NCBI RefSeq assembly: GCF_035084215.1 | Contig: NC_090340.1 | Coordinates: 14,508,001-14,572,000 of the forward strand | Reading direction: 5' to 3' | DNA length: 64,000 nt | Source of the DNA: Heptranchias perlo | Lineage: Eukaryota | Shown here: one piece after another, positions 25,846 to 35,314 of the stretch | Position numbering within the stretch: position 1 is the first letter of the stretch | Layout of the letters: the number at the start of each line of letters is the position of its first letter | Position numbers and translations under genes: made by a program | Notes under the pieces: generated by a model | Told to the model about the DNA's origin: nothing | The model's database searches: none | The model's input: only the letters and a program-made list of their open reading frames with translations

Positions 25846-26352
25846 GTAAAGTTACCACCAGAAGAACTAAGAGAGAAGTTAAAAGATATTTTCTTACATA
25901 GATGGTGATGAGGACATTGAATATCTTACCGCAAGTGATACAATAACAACATTGAAACCAAAAATGGTTAAGTATTTGGATGTTACGAAAACGAAAATGA
26001 AAGGGTAGAGGAAAAGGGAAGGGAAGAGTTGTTTGGCATGAAGAGGGAGCTCTGGCACAGACGCAACAGTCTGATCTATGTCCTGCTGTGCTACAATTTC
26101 AATAATTATGTGAATCAGCCGCAACGCCCTGAGGTTATGGAGTGAGATATCAACTAGAATTGCGCTCTTAATCCCTGTTGGAAATTGTGCAGCTGATGAT
26201 GTCTGCTCCAGTCACTATCAAGGCTACAACATGAAGAAAGGCCATTTGGGTAAGCTTGCGAACTGCCAGAGACAACAGCTTGAGGGAGAAAATTGGATCA
26301 ATAAATACACATTGTTGCATTAGTTTACTAAGTTAATAAACCATTGTCTTAC

Positions 26353-26478
26353 CTTCAAAGCAAATTGATTTTGCGTGGTCTACAAGGATACCCATCAGCA
26401 CCAGAATTGCTAATAAGCCCACGAAAAGCTGAAGAACCACCTGGGGTTTGATTCCATAACTGTGGTCTAAAGCTAGAT
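26353..26478 (-). CDS. IgSF receptor TM exon: DLALDHSYGIKPQVVLQLFVGLLAILVLMGILVDHAKSICFE
   Basis: Acceptor gcaattttag, donor gtaaga; 126 nt, phase 1-1; ~21-aa hydrophobic stretch. Confidence 0.8.
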
Positions 26479-26541
26479 CTAAAATTGCAATTACAAGCAA
26501 TAAGTTATTCAGCCTTGAACGTACTTTTCTTCATTAACACT

Positions 26542-27570
26542 ACATAAGAACACAAGAAAAAGGAGCAGCAGTAGGCCATATGGCCTCTCGAGCTTGCTCA
26601 ACCATTCAATCAGATCATGGCTGATCTTCTACCTCAACTCCACTTTCCCGCCCGATCCCCATATCTCTTGATTCCCCTAGAGTCCAAAAATGTATCTATC
26701 TCAGCCTTTAATATACTCAATGACTCAGCATTCACAGCCCTCTGGGGTAAAGAATTCCAAAGATTCACCACCCTCTCAGTGAAGAAATTCCTCCTCATCT
26801 TAAATGGCCGACCTCTTATCCTGCGACTATGCCCCCTAGTTCTAGACTCTCCAGCCAGGGGAAACAACCTCTAAGCACCTACCCTGTCAAGCCCCCTCCG
26901 AATCTTATAAGTTTCAATGAGATCACCTGTCGTTCTTCTAAACTCCAGAGAATATAGGCCCATTCTACTCAAACTCTCCTCATAGGACAACCCTCTCATC
27001 CCAGGAATTAATCTAGTGAACATTCATTGCACCACCTCTACGGCAAGTATATCCTTCCTTAGATAAGGAGACCAAAACTGTATGCAATACTCCAGGTGAG
27101 GTCTCACCAAAGCCCTGTACAATTGTAGTAAGACTTCCTTACTTTTGTACTCCAACCCACTTGCAATAAAGGCCAACATGCCATTTGCTTTCCTAATTGC
27201 TTGCTGTACCTGCACTCCAACATTTTTGTGCTTCTAGTACGAGGAAACCCAAGTTGCTCTGAGCACCAACATTTACTACTGTCTCAATATTTAAAAAATA
27301 TTCTGTTTTTCTATTCTTCCTACCAAAGTGAATAACCTCACATTTCTGCACTTAATTCTCCATCTTCCACCTTCTTGCCCATTCGCTTAACCTGTCTATA
27401 TCCCTTTGCAGACTCTCTGTGTCCTCCTCACTGCTTACTTTCCCACCTAGCTTTGTATGGTCAGCAAACTTGGATACATTACACTCGGGCCCTTCATCTA
27501 AGTCATTAATACAGATTGTATATAGCTGAGGCCCAAGCACCGATCCCAGCGGCTCCCCACTAGTTACATT
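26542..27570 (-). mobile_element. 5'-truncated CR1 LINE
   Basis: ORFs 27352, 27024 and 26634 carry RT motifs; cataagaacacaagaa tail. Confidence 0.9.
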
Positions 27571-27743
27571 ATGTGTATTCCGGTGAGTGCGTTATTAAAC
27601 ATTCCACATGCCCACACTCGGGATATCTGCGCTCGCTTGCCTGCTTATATTCATTACAACATTTTATTCCATGATTTAATAATTGATTTTATTACACCCT
27701 ATTATTTGAATGTGTAGTCACTCCCCGATACAATAACACTTAC

Positions 27744-28003
27744 CGTACGCAACAGGTTGGGATCCAATTCCATCTGCCAGTTTTATTTTGATGTCTCATT
27801 CTTCAATGAAACACTCCGGAGATTGGGACGCAGTGGTCAAAGGAGCACTTTCCCTTTTTTCACTTTTTGGTTGGTTATTCTGGATTACTCGTCTCACCTT
27901 TGTAACTACAGAATTACACCGCGTGACCATCAATTCTGTCTTCCAGGAGACAGCGCCGTGCACACATGGGCACAGAGACCCTGGACCTGGTCAATTTTAA
28001 AGT
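27744..28003 (-). pseudogene. decayed second V-domain exon in the C1-TM intron
   Basis: SGVFH*RMRHQNK then a frameshift to LADGIGSQPVAY G|gtaagt aligns with SGIYLCSAVRQGKIGENGNGSRLTVY G|gtaagt of the intact V; second Cys is TGA (27803-27805). Confidence 0.65.
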
Positions 28004-28746
28004 TTGAAGAAGGCGAAGGGAACGTCCGCTTCCTCAAAACACTAAAGCGACTCTACTGAAAGTTTATAAACTGCCCGCGAGGTACAAGGGAATATGGGAG
28101 CACTTTAAATCGGCTTCACGCAGAACGGAATACGGTCTCCCGCAGCCAGTCTCGTTTTTATTTGGAGTCACACTGAGGCCTGCCTTTACAGTTGTGCAAC
28201 ACTGGGCCGGACCCAAATGTAACAGGACAACAGAAGACAACATAAAGTGGCGACTGAGCTCATATTTTCAGTCGGGGTTGTCCACAAGGTTAGTTTCTGA
28301 TCCATTCACAATGAATCGCCCAACGGAGGTCGGGATCAGGGGCTGTAGTGGGAGAGAGTCGACAGCAGCCAACCTAAACGCAGCTCCTCATGATGGTGCT
28401 CTTTAAGGAGACCAAATAATGGGAAAGAACAAAATCGGTCTGACAAGAGGACAACTTTGAATGTTTTCTGATGAGCGACAGAGGATTAATAATTGGATAC
28501 AAGAGATAAAGCTCCTGCTTAACATTTTGGAAGTTGTCGAGGTTTAACAGACAGTTTCTGGGTGGACGACGATAATATTACTTCCGGTTTTACAACAGAT
28601 TTGGGTCAATAATATTTGACAATAAAACATGAATTTTCCTTTTATTTGGTGTTATAACATGTTTATCAATATGAACAAATTCTATGATATACCCTTTCAG
28701 GATTTAACAGTAACTGACCTCACTTATTGTACTGTTGTCCTCTTAC

Positions 28747-29058
28747 CTGGGTTGGAATTGGTTACAGCGTACGTGACAATGCCGGGAGCCTGGAGGGAGA
28801 TATGAGATACCAAACAGATGTAAACAGTCCCGCTCGGGACACGCTGCCTCTCTTCCAAAGAGCTGGAAATTTCAAACAGTCCCTCAGTGTTTTGCCGTTT
28901 AGTGATATTTATCGCAGTTACAGTTTCGACGCTATTTTTATACCAGGTGAGGGTGAAATCCTCCGGGTGAAATGCAGCAGTCTCACACACAATAGTCAGA
29001 GGCGCTGATGATTTTCTCTCGGGTGCCACGGAGACAATCTTCAGTGGAGTTGGGGCAG
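28747..29058 (-). CDS. IgSF receptor C1-set exon
   Basis: Acceptor ttctgttctgcag, donor gtaaga; 312 nt, phase 1-1; TIVCETAAFHPEDFTLTWYKN, NTEGLFEISSSL and YICLVSH (YxCxVxH signature). Confidence 0.92.
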
Positions 29059-29542
29059 CTGCAGAACAGAAATGGGGAAAATCAGGTTACAGGAGCGATT
29101 TTAAATGTGACTTCGACCTGTATTCGATGCCTTTATTGTAGCCGTACCATTCCACCCTTCTGCCCTTTTAAATGTTTCCCTGATCATTTACACTCTCTCC
29201 ATCCATACCACGAGTCACTATCAGATTCTGTTCAGTTTTACCTCCGCATATATTTTCTTATTGTTCACTCATAGATTTTAGATTATTCCCTGATAATTCC
29301 AACCTTCAAACAGCCACATCACATGAGTCTGGATAAATGATTGTGTTTCATATTTTAATGAATGGAACAAGTTAATCCTGGGAGAAGACCAGTGCTCGGA
29401 GTCCCTCCCTGTTTGTCAGTCACTGTCGCTCTGTCTCCCCAGGAGAGAAGCGGATGATCTGTAGATTACCGAGAATAAAAGGAGCGACCTAACGGACCGA
29501 TCTCACAGCCGGAGCAGGGGAATAGCTGAGGGAAATAGCTGA

Positions 29543-30911
29543 GGTATGTCCTGTCCACAAAAAGCAGGACAAATCCAATCCGGCCAATTACCACCCCATC
29601 AGTCTACTCTCAATCATCAGCAAAGTGATGGAAGGTGTCGTCGACAGTGCTTTCAAGCGGCATTTACTCACCGATGCTCAGTTTGGATTCCGCCAGGACC
29701 ACTAGGCTCCAGACCTCATTACAGCCTTGGTCCAAACATGGACTGAATTCCAGAGGTGAGAGTAACTGTCCTTGACATCAGGGCAGCATTTGACCGAGTG
29801 TGGCACCAAGGAGCCCTAGTAAAATTGAAGTCAATGGGAATCAGGGGGAAAACTCTCCAGTGGCTGGAGTCATACCTAGCACAAAGGAATATGGTAGTGG
29901 TTGTTGGAGGCCAATCATATCAGCCCCAGGACATTGTTGCACGAGTTCCTCAGGGCAGTGTCCTAGGCCCAACCATTTTCAGCTGCTTCATCAATGATCT
30001 TCCCTCCATCATAAGGTCAGAAATGGGGATGTTTGCTGATGATTGCACAGTGTTCAGTTCCATTCGCAACCCCTCAAATAATGAAGCAGTCCGAGCCCGC
30101 ATGCAGCAAGACCTGGACAACATCCAGGCTTGGGCTCATAAGTGGCAAGTAACATTCACGCCAGACAAGTGCCAGGCAACAACAATCTCCAACAAGAGAG
30201 AATCTAACCACCTCCCCTTGACATTCAACGGCATTACCATCGCCGAATCCCCAGCAACATCCCGGGGGTCACCATTGACCAGAAACTTAACTGGACCAGC
30301 CATATAAATACTGTGGCTACAAGAGCAGGTCAGAGGCTGGGTATTCTGCGGCGAGTGACTCACCTCCTGACTCCCCAAAGCCTTTCCACCATCTACAAGG
30401 CACCAGTCAGGAGTGTGATGGAATACTCTCCACTTGCCTGGATGAGTGCAGCTCCAACGACACTCAAGAAGCTCGACTCCATCCAGGACAAAGCAGCCCG
30501 CTTGATTGGCACCCCATCCACAACCCTAAATATTCACTCCCACCACCGGCGCACTGTGGCTGCAGTGTGCACCATCCACAGGATGCACTGTAGCAACTCA
30601 CCAAGGCTTCTTCGACAGCACCTCCCAAACCCGTGACCTCTACCACCTAGAAGGACAAGAGCAGCAGGCACATGGGAACAACACCACCTGCACTCACTAC
30701 CCCGACTTGGAAATATATCGCCGTTCCTTCATTGTCGCTGGGTCAAAATCCTGGAGCTCCCTTCCTAACAGCGCTGTGGGAGAACCTTCACCACAAGGAC
30801 TGCAGCATTTCAAGAAGGCGGCTCACTACCACCTTCTCAAGGGCAATTAGGGATGGGCAATAAATGCTGGCTCGCCAGTGACGCCCACATCCCATGAACG
30901 AAGAAAAAAAA
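29543..30911 (+). mobile_element. 5'-truncated family B LINE in the V-C1 intron, antisense to the gene
   Basis: ORF 29756..30307 has LDIRAAFDRVWH and MFADDC; tail cccatgaacgaagaaaaaaaa. Confidence 0.92.
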
Positions 30912-31426
30912 TACATTTGCTTCAACCTCAGAAGGCATCAGCAACGGAGCCTCTGGGGAAAATTGCCTTTATTGGAGGCAAAAGAGGTGACGACATTATG
31001 ATTCATGGTCCAGTTTTCTCAGTGAATGATTCATTTCAGGAGAGAATGTTAAACCTCACGGAGAACGACAGAGGCAAACAGAACATCTAAAATGGGGTAC
31101 TGGCCCTGTATATGGTGGGAGAGGCGCATTAATATAAAATATTTTCAGTTATATCGGGATTTTTGCCGCAACTTCCATCATCAGAAGTCTGATGTAGAAA
31201 CTACATGTTGAGATGATTCCAGTAACATGTTACTTACTCTCGTCAATAGTGATGGATTTTACACAACTCAGCAAAGGAAGCGTCATATTGAGCCGTGTAA
31301 TTAACAGTTGTTCACAGAGAACGCGGAGTAACACTGAATTTCACTGTAAATATATTAATATAATTATTTTATGCAAAAAATGGTACAATACAACAATGAC
31401 AAACATGCTCCTTGTTACACACTTAC

Positions 31427-31741
31427 CATACACAGTTAAACGTGATCCGTTTCCATTTTCACCAATTTTTCCCTGACGAACCGCTGAGCAGAGATAGATT
31501 CCAGAGTCCTGGTACGTCACGCTATTCAGAGTGAAGCTGCTTCCATTATCTTCCACACCAGTTGTTTTTATGTAATCGGCCTCTGACTTCAGGTATTTGT
31601 TCTCACCCTGTTTCCACCAGTACACTTTTACCATTTCTACCACTGATAAGGAGACTTTGCAATGGAAGGTGACGTTTGTCCCGCTGAGTACAACCCTTTT
31701 TGGGGGAATTTGACTCACTGAGAACGAAAGATGATCAGCGG
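31427..31741 (-). CDS. IgSF receptor V-set exon with in-exon J-like strand
   Basis: Acceptor tctattttctggcag, donor gtaagt; 315 nt, phase 1-1; FSVSQIP..NVTFHC..VYWWKQG..DSGIYLC..GNGSRLTV. Confidence 0.93.
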
Positions 31742-31904
31742 CTGCCAGAAAATAGATTCAAAGTCAGGTTAATTGCATCTGATATGACATGGAAATAATA
31801 AAATAAACATAGATACACGAATTACATTTCACTGACTGTAAGTAGAAACTACTTCAGATACATTTGCGTTATTGGAGCAGCCGGGTCACAGAATAAACCG
31901 GTAC

Positions 31905-31959
31905 CTGTGTAAATAATCCCAGGGACAGAGAGACACAGTAGAACAATACACGCCAACAT
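31905..31959 (-). CDS. IgSF receptor leader exon MLACIVLLCLSVPGIIYT
   Basis: ATG at 31959-31957; hydrophobic signal peptide; phase 1 donor ACAG|gtac; 163-nt intron to the V exon. Confidence 0.85.
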
Positions 31960-32842
31960 TCTGAGCAAAAGATCACTGACTGCACTGTCAGCCGCTGTAA
32001 GAAAGGTTTGCGGATTGTTTAATCTGGAATGTATCGCAATGACGTTTGACATCCTGCCCCTGTGGGTTCAGAAAATGGGTTCGGTGAGATTCAATGAGAT
32101 TTGCTGACGATTTTTGTTCTAAGCGGCCACTGGAATGACCAGTGTCACAGACATCAAAGAGTAAGGAAAATTAGCATCTGAATTTCAAATGAACAATGTA
32201 CCATCAATTGGTGGGACATGTCTTATTTCCCTATAGATTATGATGTGAGAATACAAATCATCAGTGCAAGCTCCTTGGGGTGAATTACGTGAGACATTTT
32301 CAACTTGCTGCTTGGACATAATACAATGGCAGCGGTTCGACAGCCCCTTTATAGAAAACGCCCGATTCCCATTTCTGTTGAAAACGATGAAAACAAAATC
32401 GAGGGGTTTCTATTATTGGCATCTCCAGTTTTTTACGGTCGGGCGGCAAGTCCAAAATGCGCCCCTGAGCGGTGAATTACTCCACCAGTTGAACGAGCCA
32501 GGCTTCGTTCATGTAGTCCCAGCGGGAGGGCCAGTCAAATTTGCAGGCCAGGCTTCACTTGTATCGGAATGGCAGCCCAACAGCAGTTGTTGGAGCGGCC
32601 CAGGACAACTCGCCAGGCCGCCGCAATATCAGGGAACCCGTCGGGTGTCCAGGCCGTAGAAGGTAGGTTAGTTGGCGGGGGAGCGGTGTTTGGAGGAGAG
32701 CACTGGAGCAGCAGCAACTCAGACTCGAATTTTTGAAGACTAGGAGGAGCATTCCTGGTCTTCCCGGCCCAACCAATATAAAAAGGAACTGACCTTGGGA
32801 TCATCTTCTGCCGGGCCCAACTGCTACTGGCCAGAGATTCAG

Positions 32843-33224
32843 CCCGGCACTGTGGCTGCAGTGTGCACCATCCACAGGATGCACTGCAGCAACTCACCAA
32901 GGCTTCTTTGACAGCACCTCCCAAACCCGTGACCTCTACCACCTAGAAGGACAAGAGCAGCAGGCACATGGGAACACCACCACCTGCACGTTCCCCTCCA
33001 AGTCGCACACCATCCCGACTTGGAAATATATCGCCATTCCTTCATCGTCGCTGGGTCAAAATCCTGGAACTCCCTTCCTAACAGCACTGTGGGAGAACCG
33101 TCACCACATGGACTGCAGCGGTTCAAGGCGGCGGCTCACCACACCTTCTCAAGGGCAATTAGGGATGGGCAATAAATGCCGGCCTCACCAGCGATGCCCA
33201 CATCCCATGAACGAATAAAAAAAA
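32843..33224 (+). mobile_element. family B LINE 3' fragment
   Basis: Matches 54043-54429, including the tail gcccacatcccatgaacgaataaaaaaaa. Confidence 0.9.
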
Positions 33225-34897
33225 GGACGTTGCCCGTACGAGCCCGAGGAGTCCAAGTCCATGGAGGTAATTTCAACCTCACTGCCTGGGGTTGCTCTTA
33301 GTTTTATGTGATTGTGTAAAAACTGGTGAAGTCAACGGACATAAAAAGGGGGAGTGATGTAAATGGGCTGCCGATTAACGATCACCCGTTTTACACTATC
33401 GCACGTAGTTAAAATCTACCCCCTGAGCTGTAAACGGGTGGAGCAGATCGCCCACCTGATGTAGAACCTACTGGATTTTCATCCCATTAAAATCAATGGA
33501 ATAAAAATCGGCGGGTTCTACAGAGAGGGGAGGGGGTGGGAGTGAGTGATCTTCTCCGGCAGTTTATCGCCCAAGAAGTGAAGGTGAAAATTACCCCCGT
33601 GTCATTCAATCTGCAGTGGTGATACTCATGTGAGTTGGAGGATAACAAAAGAAAGCAAGGACTAGAACATTTCACATTCTCAGCACGTCCCAAATTACCC
33701 CACAGGCGATTAATTACCTTGAACTGTAGTGAGTATTGTTTTATGGGCGGTGGTTAAAGCAGAACAAATCCCACAAATAGTAAATCAGAAAAATGAGCAG
33801 ATTGTCTGATTTGTTGGTGTTCTTTCAGATACTAGTATTGGTTACAGAATCAAAACTGGTAGACAGCAGATAAACATAGCAACCTAGAAATTGGGCCGCG
33901 AACATTTTTGGCCTGGGTTGGGGGTGTGGTGGTTTGGCGGGCATAGTTCGCGGTCGGTATTGGGCATGGATCGGAGGTCGTGGCCTGTATCTGGGATCAG
34001 GGTAGGGGATCAGGAGTCGGGCCTGGAATGATGCCGATGTGGGGTCTGGAGCAGAGGCGATTGGGCGGGGCAGAGTCGGAAGCGGCGCCAATGTAGGGGG
34101 CTTGAGAGCAGTGGTTGTGGGGGGTCGGGAGCTGCGTGGATGGAGGGGCCAGGAGCGACCATCAGAGCTTTTAATGGGTGGTCAGAAGGATCATGCCTGC
34201 TCCTTCCGGCTCCACATTGAGATGAGTTACTGACCTTTGTATGTGCAAAGGCAATTACGGCTGTTTCAAACATGGGTAAAGCACGCCTCATCTTTCTCCT
34301 GATCCCATAAGGTTGGCGCGTACTTGCTGACCAAAATGTGCACAGTTCCTGCCCGCCACATTGCGGCCTTAGTAGTCCGAGCAGTGCGTAAAAAATGGGA
34401 CCAATTTGTAGTCAGCGAGATTGAAATTAGAAGACACATGTATTGGGGAAATATCCATCATTTGCCTATCATGGTCAGATGCATTGTCTTTCACTGTCAT
34501 TTCATATTTTCACACCTTTCCTTGGAGAATAGCGTGAATAATTGGAAGGATTCACAAGCTGATCAACAGTCTGAGAGACCACAAGGTGATCGCTCCTTCT
34601 ATGGGCATAAACATCTTCATACCAATGGATAGGTTGGTTAACCCAGAATTTACAACAGGATTCTTGTGTCTAGTGGGTGTCAGTGCTGTCCGTCCTGGTC
34701 CTTTGTTTCTCTGGGAGGCCACAAAACCCTCCTACCGCAGGCAGGATTGCTACCATTAAGCAAAATGCTCGCTCCGCATTGCGGATGTAACACAGAAATA
34801 GCAGAGTTTTTTTTTATAAAGTCTGGATATTAATGAACTTCAAACACAATAGATATTTATAATTCTTTCAATAGAGCTTTCGCAATAAGTCACATCT

Positions 34898-35080
34898 AGC
34901 TGCTAGCTCAATTGCTAATTTTAAATCTGCGATAGATAGCTTTTTGCCAACCAAAGGTATTAAGGGATATGGGCCAAAGGCAGGTATATGGAGTTAGATC
35001 ACAGATCAGCCATGATCTTATCAAATGGCGGAGCGGGCTTGAGGGGCTGAATGGCCTACTCCTGTTCCTATGTTCTTATG
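34898..35080 (+). mobile_element. short CR1 3' fragment
   Basis: gatcagccatgatctt..ggcctactcctgttcctatgttcttatg tail. Confidence 0.8.
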
Positions 35081-35314
35081 TATTACCCTCAATCAAATCT
35101 AAGACATAAGAACATAAGAACATAAGAACATAAGAAATTGGAGCAGGAGTAGGCCAATCGGCCCCTCGAGCCTGCTCCGCCATTCAATAAGATCATGGCT
35201 GATCTGATCCCAACCACAAATCTAAAGAACACAAGAAGTCGGAGCAGGACCCGGCCACATAGCCCCTGGGCCCTCTCCGCCACCCACAGGGCATTGACCG
35301 ATCCGAACTCAGCT

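Noticed and set aside
31427-31741. Rearranging Ig/TCR V segment
   Set aside because: The J-like strand and splice donor are in the same exon; no heptamer/nonamer follows the second Cys
32040-32047. CRE-like TGACGT upstream of the IgSF leader
   Set aside because: A single short motif is expected by chance; no transcription start evidence
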